From Macrostomum lignano (taxonomy: Eukaryota), in NCBI GenBank assembly GCA_002269645.1, contig NIVC01002432.1, positions 110,579-174,578 of the forward strand: DNA of 64,000 nt. Reading direction: 5' to 3'. Within the stretch, counting starts at the first letter, position 1, and each line of letters begins with the position of its first letter. Positions 10,201 through 31,552 of this stretch are shown piece after piece. The position numbers and the translations under genes are program-made. Under the pieces are notes generated by a model that worked only from the letters and a program-made list of their open reading frames with translations, was not told the DNA's origin and did not search any database.

Positions 10201-13182
10201 CGTACTCCTACATCGCGCTGATCGTGATGGCAATCCAAGCATCGCCCGTGAAGCGGTGCACCCTGGCGGAGATCTACCAGTACCTGCAGGACAATTTCCC
10301 ATTTTTCCGTGGCCAGTACCAGGGCTGGAAGAACTCTGTGCGGCATAATTTATCGCTGAACGAATGCTTCATCAAACTGCCGAAAGGTTTGCCGGGCACA
10401 GTTTTCGCTCGATAATTAATAGTAAATTGCAGGGACTTAGTGAAGTTTATTTTGCCAAGGCGCCTCAGGGTTTGCGGTACCCCCCGCTGACCCCCGAATC
10501 CACTACCTTCCCCCTCAGGTGCTGCTAGGGGGCGTCCCAAGCCATTTTTCGGTGGGAGAATTTTCCCACAATAATAGAATTGTTGGCGCGACCAAGGCGC
10601 AGCGGGAAGGCGCCCTTGACTTCCTGGCGCTTTAATCAGGGCTCTGCCTCAGTGGTCTGTTGCGCATTTGTCAATCAGTCTCTTCCCGATCTCTATGCAG
10701 AATTTGGACGCCATTTAGTAATTATAATCTTATTATCAGTCAATTTTGTGTTTATACCAGATTAGTCAACTGTAAAGTAGAATTCGTTTGATAAAAGGTG
10801 TCCCATGCTAAATAAATATTGAATTTTCCAACTTAACTTAACCTAGAAGCACGCATTTCAATCCTTAGCGGGGGAATCAAGCCATTGAAGACTTGCTTTT
10901 TATTGTCTATGACCCAACCTAAATCCCTAGGTCTTATATCCTATGTAGAGCAGTATACTACAGTATTTAAAACCCCCAACACTTCATATCTCCGACACTT
11001 CATATCTCCGATACTTCATGTCTCCGACACTTCAAGTCTCCGATACTTCATGTCTCCGACACTTAATGTCTCCGATACTTCATGTCTCCGACACTTAATG
11101 TCTCCGACACTTCATGTCTCCGACACTTCATGTCTCCGATATTTCATGTCTCCGATACTTCATGTCTCCGACACTTCATGTCTCCGATACTTCATGTCTC
11201 CGACACTTAATGTCTCCGACACTTCATGTCTCCGACACTTCATGTCTCCGACACTTCATATCTCCGATATTTCATGTCTCCGATACTTCATGTCTCCGAT
11301 ACTTCATGTCTCCGACACTTCATGTCTCCGATACTTCATGTCTCCGACACTTCATGTCTCCGACACTTCATGTCTCCGACACTTCATGTCTCCGATACTT
11401 CATGTCTCCGACACTTAATGTCTCCGACACTTCATGTCTCCGACACTTCATATCTCCGATACTTCATGCCTCCGACACTTCATATCTCCGACACTTCAAG
11501 TCTCCGATATTTCATGTCACCGATACTTCATGTCTCCGACACTTCATGTCTCTGACACTTCATATCTCCGACACTTCATGTCTCCGACACTTAATGCCTC
11601 CGACACTTCATATCTCCGACACTTCATGCCTCCGACACTTCATGCCTCCGACACTTCATGCCTCCGACACTTCATGCCTCCGACACTTCATATCTCCGAC
11701 CCTTCATGCCTCCGACACTTCATATCTCCGATACTTCATGCCTCCGACACTTCATATCTCCGACACTTCAAGTCTCCGATATTTCATGTCACCGATACTT
11801 CATGTCTCCGACACTTCATGTCTCCGACACTTCATATCTCCGACACTTCATGTCTCCGACACTTCATGTCTCCGATACTTCATGTCTCCGATACTTCATG
11901 TCTCCGACACTTCATGTCTCCGACACTTCATGTCTCCGATACTTCATGTCTCCGATACTTCATGTCTCCGACACTTCATGTCTCCGACACTTCATGTCTC
12001 CGACACTTCATGCCTCCGACACTTCATATCTCCGACCCTTCATGCCTCCGACACTTCATATCTCCGATACTTCATGTCTCCGACACTTCAAGTCTCCGAT
12101 ACTTCATGTCTCCGATACTTCATGTCTTCGATACTTCATGTCTCCGATACTTCATGTCTCCGATACTTCATGTCTCCGATACTTCATGTCTTCGATACTT
12201 CATGTCTCCGATACTTCATGTCTCCGATACTTCATGTCTCCGACACTTCATGTCTCCGACACTTCATGTCTCCGACACTTCATATCTCCGATACCTGATA
12301 TCATACTTAGTTGTCCTGTTCATGCAGGCAGATTGTCTAAGGGTGGTACAGTGGCGAGTCTGCTGCATTGCTGACATGTGCTTGTACACCACCTTAACTG
12401 TACACCGGTACACACACACTGCAACTCATGCAGGCATCGGCCGGCCAGGCAAGGGCCACTACTGGACGCTCGACCAGCAAGCCGAGTTCATGTTCGAGGA
12501 GGGCAGCTACCGCCGGAGACCGCGCGGCTTTCGCCGGAAATCAGGCGGCGGCGGCGGCAGCCACCAGCAGCACGCGGCAGCTGCCAAGTCAGCGGTTGCA
12601 GCTGCTGCAGCCGCTGCCGCCGCAGCTGCAGCGGTGCCAAGCCCGGAAGCGCAGGCAGCAGCAGGCTGCTCCGGACTGGCTTCAACATCAGCTTCAGCGC
12701 CAACTTCTACACCGGGCATGATTAATGCTAATGAGCATCCAGCAGATAGCTTTCCACTGCATCACCAGCATCACTGGTACCATCAGCAGCATCAGCATCT
12801 GCAGCAGCAGCTTCAGTACGATAGCGGCGACGCGCTGATTGATCATCTAGGCGGCTGTCAGTCGTATCCAGCTGCCGCGGCTGCGGCTGCTGCGGCGGCC
12901 GCCGGTTATCCGGGCTATCACCAGCAGGTGCATCAGCAGCAGGTGTACCAGCACCAGCAGCACGAGCAGCCGCAATTCTCCAGTTGGAGTTTCCCGTCGC
13001 TAGGCTACGGACCAGCAGCTGCCTATCAGCAGCATTCGATTGCGGCGGCTTCGGCACCGGCCTGCGGGACCAGTGTCTGCTACGACGGCCCGCAGCAGCC
13101 GCCGCTGACTGGAAGCTCAGCTGTCACCATCGATGAGGCCTACAGCGGCCGACGACTACCGACCTATCCGGCGATCACGTGA
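7239..13182 (+). CDS. foxF: Forkhead transcription factor, FoxF class; exons 7239-7374, 7475-7681, 10168-10386, 12434-13182 (1311 nt, 436 aa)
   Basis: [68 protein letters not shown]|[36 protein letters not shown] is diagnostic of FoxF. All three introns are phase 1 GT-AG and the frame runs from MDFAG to the TGA at 13180. Confidence 0.92.
7705..8097. repeat. 18-bp purine-rich minisatellite (GCAGAGTAGAGAGGGAGG)n, FoxF intron 2
   Basis: Tandem units just after the donor at 7682. Confidence 0.93.
8610..9000. repeat. 32-bp minisatellite (GGCAGTTTGTGAACCCCCATACCCCAGCTAAA)n, FoxF intron 2
   Basis: About 12 tandem units. Confidence 0.93.
9680..10052. repeat. GA-rich 9/18-bp minisatellite (GGGAGATAGGGGAGAGAA)n, FoxF intron 2
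   Basis: Tandem purine tract. Confidence 0.9.
10978..12295. repeat. 16-bp minisatellite (CTTCATGTCTCCGACA)n, FoxF intron 3
   Basis: About 80 units; generates the [16 protein letters not shown] ORFs, one of which happens to run in frame into FoxF exon 4. Confidence 0.97.
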
Positions 13183-13379
13183 CCCTAAAATCTAGACAAC
13201 TGCGGCATGGCATAGGCCTGCTTACTCGCATGTACTTTTGCTACCTGCGTGTGTATGTTCACAAGCGTGCAAAACTCCATCTAAGCAAAATCGCGCAGTA
13301 AGTTTTAAGCTACGGGCCTTCGCAGGATTCCGCTGGCTCCTGAGCACATACCAGCGCGCCAATACTGTACGCAGGCACG

Positions 13380-13473
13380 CACTCACACACGCTCACACAG
13401 GGTGTACAGCGGCCCCGACTTTCTAATCGTCAGACATGTACACTCTGTGCCTTGGGGGGGGGTTGGCTCTCAT
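13380..13473 (+). repeat. Dispersed hairpin element, copy 2 (FoxF 3' region)
   Basis: CACAGGGTGTACA gcggccccGAC tttctaatc GTCagaca TGTACACTCTGTG, stem 13396-13449. Confidence 0.75.
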
Positions 13474-14938
13474 GGCTGTGAATTGCACAACCCCTGGCCA
13501 GAAGTTTGGCTGCACAAGCCCCAGATGAATGTCGCCTTCACTTCACTTCACTGGGGGTCCGTAGCAGCTTGATTGGTCTAATATGAAAGCAAAATCTGTG
13601 CGGTTAACTCTTCAAAACACTTGGAATTACCAGCTTGCCGCCTGCTTGTCAACTGCGCGCTACTGACCGACCAGAGCTTGCGCCAGTGCTTGGCATTTCT
13701 CATTCTCGATTTCTTATGTCAACGAAACGCGCGTGGTAATGCGCGCTTATTCAGCCTATCTCTTGTGCTACTACTAAAAGTAGCAGTTTGCAATTATGCG
13801 TGTAGTCGCAATTTTTTGCTGTTGTATTTTAATCTCCAATGCAAATATTCGTGCCGCAGAATAGCAATGCAAAAAAGCGGTTTTGTGGCTGGGTGCTTTT
13901 CTGAAAAGCAGTATTTGTAATTTAAAATCATTGACACACAGGAATTTTCGGAAACATATTAATACAAGCAGCTAACCAATGATCCATCCACCTAGCCATC
14001 AATCTTGAATAGTTTCTAGTCAAAGTTTACAGCACATGTACAAACTACTTGCAACTCAGATTCAGCCTACTCATTAGTAGTTTGCAACGAATATGCTCCC
14101 CCATACTGATTTGACCGTCTTGAAGTTTTGAAAAAAGAAGAAAATATACAAAACAGTCTACTTCTTTTCTGGGTTAAAACATTCGACAGTTATACGAGAG
14201 TAACGAGAGGAGAAAAAAAGAGAGTGGCAGAGGGAGAGCTTGCAACTTGCTGATTTGAGTTCTTTTTATATTTCAAATTTCTGCAACCTGAAAACAATTG
14301 CATATTTTCTTATAAAGAGAGCGACAGTGAAAAACAGACCAAACAGTTAAACTAAACAGAAAATGGTGACAGCGAGACGTGGCTGACAAATTAAGATTAT
14401 TAGGTAAACTTTGTCTGGACTTACTAATTTTAGTACTAAGGAAAACCAATATTTAGTAGAGTAGGGATAGGATTTCAATTTTCAACATAAAAAAGATGAG
14501 CGGTTTATTTAAATTGCACACGGATCTACTTAACCTGGCTTTTGAGTTTGCTGAATATATGCAAATATATAGTTCAAATTTGAAAACAGAAGCAACCTCA
14601 CCAGTTCGATTGAGTTTCTGCACGCGGATGACAATAATTATTTATATAAAAGTACGCAGTGACAAACGAGGGGATTCAGAGACAGAAAAAAACTGCTAGC
14701 TACTCATAGTAGTTTTCTAGTTGTCAGTTCAAATTTCGAATTCTGTAAGCAAATTGCACTAACCTATTTGTGCACGCGTGCTGTATAAATACGACCCAAT
14801 TGGTTTAATTTAGATTTTTCTTCCGGAACATTTTAGCTTAACTGACATAGTGCTTTGCTGTTGATCCGCTTCAGTGTTAAAGACAGAGAGTTCAGTCAGA
14901 GTTTTTCATTCAGGTTTAAGACAAACAAACCAACCAGC

Positions 14939-24377
<9,439 letters not shown>

Positions 24378-24722
24378 TGAGATCAAAATGCTTCAGAAAT
24401 CGAAATCGGATGACTACGTAACGCCAAGCTGTGGAAAACTACAATATCGTTATAGATATTTACTGTACGCTTGTACAACTCGCAAAGAATAAATTTATGG
24501 TGACGATTTCTTACTCACTAATACACAGCAGTTTTTGAATAATTTCATAAAGTAATAAAAAATCCTACAATATTAAAAAATTAGAAAACTTCTGTTTTCG
24601 CGAATACATTTGTGTCTTTTTGTTTGTAATTAGCAAATATTTAAAATATGGTTTGTTAATCTAACCTTAACGTGTTTAGTGTATGCAGTAATTTGTTTCT
24701 GTGTGCTTGAGCCAATTGATGT

Positions 24723-24784
24723 CAAGGACTTCTAGACTAGTCCTAGTCTAGTCTAGAAGTCCTAGACTAGTCTAGAAGTCCTTG
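24723..24784. mobile_element. 62-bp miniature TIR element with 8-bp TSD ATTGATGT
   Basis: CAAGGACTTCTAGACTAG...CTAGTCTAGAAGTCCTTG flanked by ATTGATGT at 24715-24722 and 24785-24792; same termini as the 24969-29823 element. Confidence 0.85.
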
Positions 24785-26909
24785 ATTGATGTAATCTAAA
24801 ATATTCCTTGTTTTTGGTTATTAAGTAAATCAATGGTAAAATGTTACTTGTAATGTACACCAAAATGCACGTTGCGTAAGATATTTTGTGTAGGATTATT
24901 TATTAGATTTCATTGAATTGATCGAATGTAATAATTTGCATTTCGTACCTGTAACCTTACGTTTGATCCAAGGACTTCTAGACTAGCAGGACGTAAAACT
25001 CAAAGATCGTGTAAATTTTTAGGAGGACGATTTCCTGGAAAAAATACACTGCGGAGATAGGAGCAAATCATTTTTTCATCACAAAATCAATGATTGCATT
25101 TGATCTAAGGCAGCTAAGATAACCATTCTTTTTATTTAGCACGCACAACATGTTACTCTATTATATTTTAATGTAGTTGTGTCTTGAAAGTTTCATCTTC
25201 ATATTATTTTCTTTTTATTTCATAAGCCCCAAGTTGCAAAATACTCACAAGTGGCATTAGCCGAACTTTGTATTTTTCCTTTTTAAAATCAAGTATATTT
25301 GCAATAAAAATGCTGCATTACGGTACTATTAAGCCATTATTGTAGGTATAATTCCATTTCAATGTAGTAACTATACTAATAGACCTGTCTATGTAGTTAA
25401 ATATATAAGGACAATATTTACAATATGCCCCCACCATTTTCATTTTTCTTGTTTTACCTAGGCCTCAAGTCTTTAGAAAGCTATCAGTTTTTTAAGCTAG
25501 ACCTGCATATATAGGACCAAGAATATAGTCATATAGACCTAGGCACAAAAACAAGCTCTAACCATTTTTACTAAGTAGGCCTATCTATAAGAAATATTCT
25601 AGATTTTTTTAGTATTTAACTTTTAATATTATTATTATTATTATTATTAAATTGCAAGTTTTATAGGTTAAAATGTGTTAATAAGAAATATATTTGCATT
25701 AATAATTAACAAAATAAATAGATTAGTTGTTAGAAAAGGTAAATGTTAAATAATAGTTTAAGAAAAAGGAATTTGTTAAAATAGTTTTATATGTGTACTA
25801 TTTTAAGTTTAAATTACTTTTTTAGCTAAAAATTTACATCATATAGTAGTAAAACTTCTAATTGAATTTTTGTACCTTTTGCTTATGTATTAGCTTTTTT
25901 TTTATGTTGACTTATATATTAAAATACAATTGACAACCTTTGATAATATTTATTTTTGCATTAACCCTGAACAATTAAATTCTTTATATTTCAACATATT
26001 TTGTTTCTGCTGCCAGCAACAAGCCTCAATTGCCACTGCCTGATTTTCAGCCTACATTCTGAGCTTATCTACTAGCTGTGTATTGGCGAATGCTTCATGT
26101 TTGATCAACCTAATGATTGCATTATGGCATTCCATGTCCTGCTCACTTGTCACAACTCAGTGACCTAGCCTGCCACCCAAAAAGCTAGGCAGGCTGGTTG
26201 GTTTTGTGCTGGCAATTGGTTTGGTTGTCAACATACAGAAGATTGCTGTGCTCTAGTAACCAGACAACATCAAGCTTTGAGGCTATTCTACTGTGCACTG
26301 CATTCAAGATGAGCAACTGCAGTTCTTTAACTGCTTGCTGGCTGACACTAGCACTTCAAGACTCATTGGCACTACCTTAATTTTTGCTGGTGATGTCTTT
26401 CTTATAAATAACTCAAAGTTAATAACTTCTCTTTCACCTTAGTAAATAAAAAAGACAAGACTTTTTTTCATTTCAAATGAATTTTATTTTGTTTCACAGA
26501 TCTGAAATGTGAACTTTCAACTGTTTTGACTTGCAAAGAATGTAAGATGTAATTTATAATATATATACAGTGCATTGAAACATTAAAAGAGCAATGTATA
26601 GATACATTCTTTATACATACTGATGTAGAAAATAGAAAATGTTCTTTGTTTTTGAATTGGTTTTTTGCAATGTTTGATGTTTCAGAAATGGAAAAATAAA
26701 CCAGGCACAAAGATGCACAGCTCATAATATGCAACTGCAAGGGCAAAATTGAGTAAATATTTTGTATGACATGGTACTTGTATCTATGAAGTAAATCAAA
26801 AGTAAATCAGAAAAGTAAATTTAAATACTGTAAAGGCTTGGCTTAATTTGGAGGTCGAAATATGAGTATAATAACCAGCAGTGTAGTGTTAAGTGTTTAC
26901 CAGGCATAG

Positions 26910-27079
26910 CATGCCTGGGCGCAACCTAGGGATTCACCCGGCCGTTTCTATTGGCAACACACACATGTAAGTTGCTATTGGATGGAATAGTAGTCACGTG
27001 ACTATTCTCAGCCAATAGCGACTTACATGTGTGTTGCCAATAGAAACGGCCGAGTGATTCCCCAGGTTGCGCATGTATG
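26910..27079. mobile_element. Palindromic MITE, copy 2 (nested in the 4.86-kb element)
   Basis: Full arms GCGCAACCTAGGGATTCACCCGGCCGTTTCTATTGGC..., central GTCACGTGAC, flanking direct repeat GGCATAG. Confidence 0.85.
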
Positions 27080-28844
27080 CGGCATAGAATTTTTTTGTGG
27101 AACTAACAGTGCAGTTGGATTGTCATGGCCATGTGGAGTTTTATGCACGGGGTTAGTGAGGAGCACTACATCCAGGCAATGCGTGGGCGGCCTTAGCTCC
27201 AATGGCTGCGCAACTTGTAGCTAAACTAAACAGAAAAGCAGATATCAGTATTTAAAAAGAGAAAAAATTGGCAAATTAGCAAGTACCATGAAGCTTATTT
27301 GCTTCAATTAATTTTGCACAGTCGGCCTACAGTGGCTGAAATTGGACTATCTATCAGACTCAGTCTTGCCGCACTATACCCTTAAAACATTAGTCAGCTT
27401 TCTTGAGATGTGGCATAGCAGATCAGGTTCAATGGCATTTCTATGAAGATCGCATCCTACATCGCTAAGACCACTAAAGTGAGACCTCAATGTTATGTGG
27501 GGTGAAGGACATGGGCATTGCTTCTCAGTGTGCAGTTCCCGCTGGCCAGTTATAGATATAGTGAATTCCATTTCCAATGCTCAGTTGCAGCTGCCAGATG
27601 AAAAATGATTAACAATCAGGTGGGCTCCAAATTCTTTCCAAGGTTGGCACCAGGCTCTACCAGCATGCTTGAGATTGCTTTCCATGGCCTCCAATTGAGA
27701 CTATCGCTCTAGTTGATGTTGGAAGCCCAAAAATGCAAAACTTTGACTTGAGTGCTGCAATGATGAGCAATAGGCCTAGTGCTGGAGTCCATCCACCACA
27801 CTAAAATGTTGGTAGGTATGGGCAATGGTAAAATGAGAAATTTTGTCTTTTCATTGGAATGAACTTTCCTAAAAGGTTATACCATAAATTTTGCTACAAA
27901 CTATGCCATCATAAATTTAGGGAAACTAGCCATGTAAAAGGTAAGGATATATCATCTTTTGCCCCAACCACATTGACCCTTGCTTTTTACTAACCCTTAT
28001 CCATATATTAAAAAAAACAACATTTAGAAAATTTACTCACTTGCTAAAGTCAAATGTAATGAAGACCTTGTGGTGTCAGGAAAGACACTTTGTGGATCAC
28101 TTTAATTGGTATCCAAAAGTATATCATCTTGTGCAATGGCATTTTAGCAGGTTGATGCTTTGCAAAAATTTCCACTGAAGTCAGATAGGCACTGGAAAGA
28201 TCAAAGGATTAAGTATGTCAAATACAATGCTAGACATAATTTATATCATAAGGAAATCTGTTTGAAATCTAACAAGATTAGATTTTGCAGCCTTTTGTCT
28301 AAAATGGTTGCTAGTGTAAGTTACTACCAAAAATTTAATTGGCATGATAACTATCTATCTATTAAGATAGATGATAGGATAATATATTGGTACAAAATAC
28401 TTATAGTAAAATTAAAGATTATTGAATAAAAATGTAACAATTAGACATCTAAGTACTATTTAGTATTTGGATTAGACCCTAATAGCCAAAATCTAAGTTA
28501 TTAAATAATACTAATTAAAAAATCATATTTACCTATAAAAAATAAAATTAAAACTGAATATAGATAACTAAATTAATAAACAAATTTTAAATTAATACTA
28601 AAAACTAGATTTTCATTGTCAATTATTAGAGCCAGCTTAGTTTTATAAATAGATATAAGGTAGTAAAATGAATAGGCCTAAATATTCCTAGTTTCAAAGC
28701 TTTATGAGTGCAATAAGGCCTAGGCCTAGTTTCAATAGTAAATAAATGCTAAAGTTAAGATAAATGTGGGCATGCAGTATTGTATTACCCATTTTTTAGT
28801 TTATAATAAAAGACCTATCATAATAATCTAATAATTAGGCCTAT

Positions 28845-29023
28845 CATGCTTGGGTGCAACCTAGGGATTCACCCGGCCATTTCTATTGGCAACACACATA
28901 TATAAGTTGCTATTGGCTGAGAGCAATCACGTGACTACTATTCCATCCAATAGCAACTTACATGTGTGTGTTCTGTGTTGCCAATAGAAATGGCCGAGTG
29001 ATTCCCAAGGTTGCGCATGTATG
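28845..29023. mobile_element. Palindromic MITE, copy 3 (nested in the 4.86-kb element)
   Basis: Same family; central ATCACGTGAC; 8-bp TSD AGGCCTAT. Confidence 0.85.
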
Positions 29024-30730
29024 AGGCCTATGATTCAAATATGATATGAAATATACCATTACAAACTAAAATTGCAATTTTAAAGGTATTATATTCAACA
29101 AAATATATAATTCAAGGAAGGTAAACCTAAACCAGCTGGGTGCTAGGCCTAGTTTATATAGTATAGTGTATTCAAATTTGCAATAAAAAATTAAAAATCT
29201 AAGCCTAATTAAAAGTGTAAAAACCTAGAAAAAAGGTTAGTGCCCATTTTTGTGACTAGGCCTAGGCCCTAACCATTTTTTTCTGTCTGGCTTTCAGGTA
29301 AAAACTGATAGCTTTCTAAAGACTTGAGGCCTAGGTAAAACAAGAAAAATGAAAATGGTGGGGGCATATTGTAAATATTGTCCTTATATATTTAACTACA
29401 TAGACAGGTCTATTAGTATAGTTACTACATTGAAATGGAATTATACCTACAATAATGGCTTAATAGTACCGTAATGCAGCATTTTTATTGCAAATATACT
29501 TGATTTTAAAAAGGAAAAATACAAAGTTCGGCTAATGCCACTTGTGAGTATTTTGCAACTTGGGGCTTATGAAATAAAAAGAAAATAATATGAAGATGAA
29601 ACTTTCAAGACACAACTACATTAAAATATAATAGAGTAACATGTTGTGCGTGCTAAATAAAAAGAATGGTTATCTTAGCTGCCTTAGATCAAATGCAATC
29701 ATTGATTTTGTGATGAAAAAATGATTTGCTCCTATCTCCGCAGTGTATTTTTTCCAGGAAATCGTCCTCCTAAAAATTTACACGATCTTTGAGTTTTACG
29801 TCCTGCTAGTCTAGAAGTCCTTGGTTTGATCGTCCTGACTGAAATGACCAAAATCCACAGAATTCTATGTCGAAATCATTGAATAAAAGGTATCCCAATT
29901 CAATATATTTATTTTTACGCAAAAAGATCAAGCTCCTTGATTTTAACACTTAAGGCAACTATAGTGGTTCTACTAGTTACTTGACTGATGTTTGAAGTTA
30001 TAAATTTTATGTAATAAGTAGGCATTTGAAGAATTTTAGCATGATGAATGACACAATTACCAGCACGAAATATACGAACTCAAAAGTCTAACTCGTACTT
30101 TTCCGGGTTTTTTGAACTTAAACGTTTTCTCCGCTTTTGTGGCTTTAATCGGCTTTAAGTCATAGACTTTAGTGTCGGTTTAATAAATTGTTTAAATTTT
30201 ATGACTAAATATTGTTTCTGCATTATTTGTCGCTTTTATTGTGTATGATTATCAGCTGATCGACAGTGAACTTATTTGATTTTGGGAAATACAATAAAAA
30301 TTAATACTACTGACAGAGGTGGTGCTGGTTCCTAACTCTAATAGGCCTAATTCATGGTTCCTTGCCGTAGTGTAAAGCCAAGTCAACTCAGTTGATAATA
30401 TTTTTCTTGGTGTTAAGATTAAGCTTCTGTGGGATTGTCGCTCAAAAAGTGTTATTTGTAAAATGGAATAACACTTTACTTGCTTCAACTTGAGCTTGAA
30501 CTTGAAGTAGTCCTATTTAAGTTTAACAATGTTATCCAATATTCAATATACAGAGCTCTAGGCCCTCCTATCCTATGCTAGATTCCTAAAATTAAAAAAG
30601 TATATTATAGCAATAGCATATATTTTATAATAAAGAATTATATTTATTTCTATAGATAAATGTCATAGGATTACTGTCATTCAATATCATTTAATATTCA
30701 TGAAAACAAATGATATATACAAAAATAGCT

Positions 30731-31040
30731 TGTTTTGCCTTGCGTCAGGCATCTTCAGGCTCTTAAAATTAGTAACGATTTATTTGTTCATTAATATTTA
30801 ACAATTAAGACTAAGAATGGGTCGATAAAGTCAGAAATGTAAATAAAATTAACAGTAGATTGTACGTAGATTGTACGTATGTATAGATCTACTATGCATA
30901 TACGTAGTAGATTGTACGTATATAAATTAACAGTAGATTATCAACCCATTCTTAGTCTTAATTGTTAAATATTAATGAACAAATAAATCGTTACTAATTT
31001 TAAGAGCCTGGCAATGCCTGACGCGAGGCAAAACATGTCG
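30731..31040. mobile_element. Inverted pair of ~105-bp Penelope pLTR-like arms with degenerate hammerhead ribozyme motifs
   Basis: Arms about 30731-30830 and 30935-31035 are inverted repeats; their consensus is CCTGAAGATGCCTGACGCGAGGC(A)AAACATGTC. The PLE assignment rests on recalled motif similarity. Confidence 0.55.
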
Positions 31041-31552
31041 CATAAAAATGATAGTGCTTACCTTCTTAATTCTACTTTTTCTCAGACGCGCAAATTTCCC
31101 AAAAATAGCTTGGTTTTATACTTATATATACCCAACTATAAATTTTTTTTGCTTTTTTCTTTTTCTTTTTATTTTCTTTTTTCACTTCCTTGCCTCTTTT
31201 TTCCCTTCTCTTTTGCCTTTTTATTTCTTCTTTTCTTTTTTTTAAGTAAGCTTAGGCATTTTTGTGACTTACTTTGGGTAGACCTTTTATTACCTAGCCT
31301 AGCATAGTATAGTTTTATTTGTAATTTCTAAATAGAAGTAGAATGCTCTTAAATTGTTTTATAATAAGATATACTTTATAAAAGAAAATATTAAAGACAT
31401 GACATATTTTTTATGCCTACTGATACTTTTAATAATGCTCTATAAATGTGCTTTACTAGGCCTATATGTATTATGATTTGGTATCTGTGTTTTTGGACCT
31501 TTTTAACTATCTTTAATTATTGTTTCATGTTTCAGCACTGATTTCACATACA

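Larger units (their letters stand above)
24969..29823. mobile_element. Non-autonomous DNA transposon, 4855 bp, 524-bp TIRs, 8-bp TSD GTTTGATC (hAT or P/Galileo-like)
   Basis: Arms 24969-25492 and 29300-29823 read as reverse complements wherever compared; termini CAAGG...CCTTG; TSD at 24961-24968 and 29824-29831; no intact transposase inside. Confidence 0.9.

Noticed and set aside
10430-10640. MITE in FoxF intron 3
   Set aside because: Ends share only patchy inverted similarity (CAG...CAAGGCGCC) and no TSD was found.
10885-12433. Long ORFs, including the N-terminal 330 aa of the 582-aa ORF
   Set aside because: Translations of a stop-free 16-bp satellite within a GT-AG intron; only 12434-13182 is FoxF.
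26468-26746. THAP domain of a P transposase
   Set aside because: No frame shows the C2CH pattern with the conserved Pro/Trp/Phe; AT-rich chance ORF.
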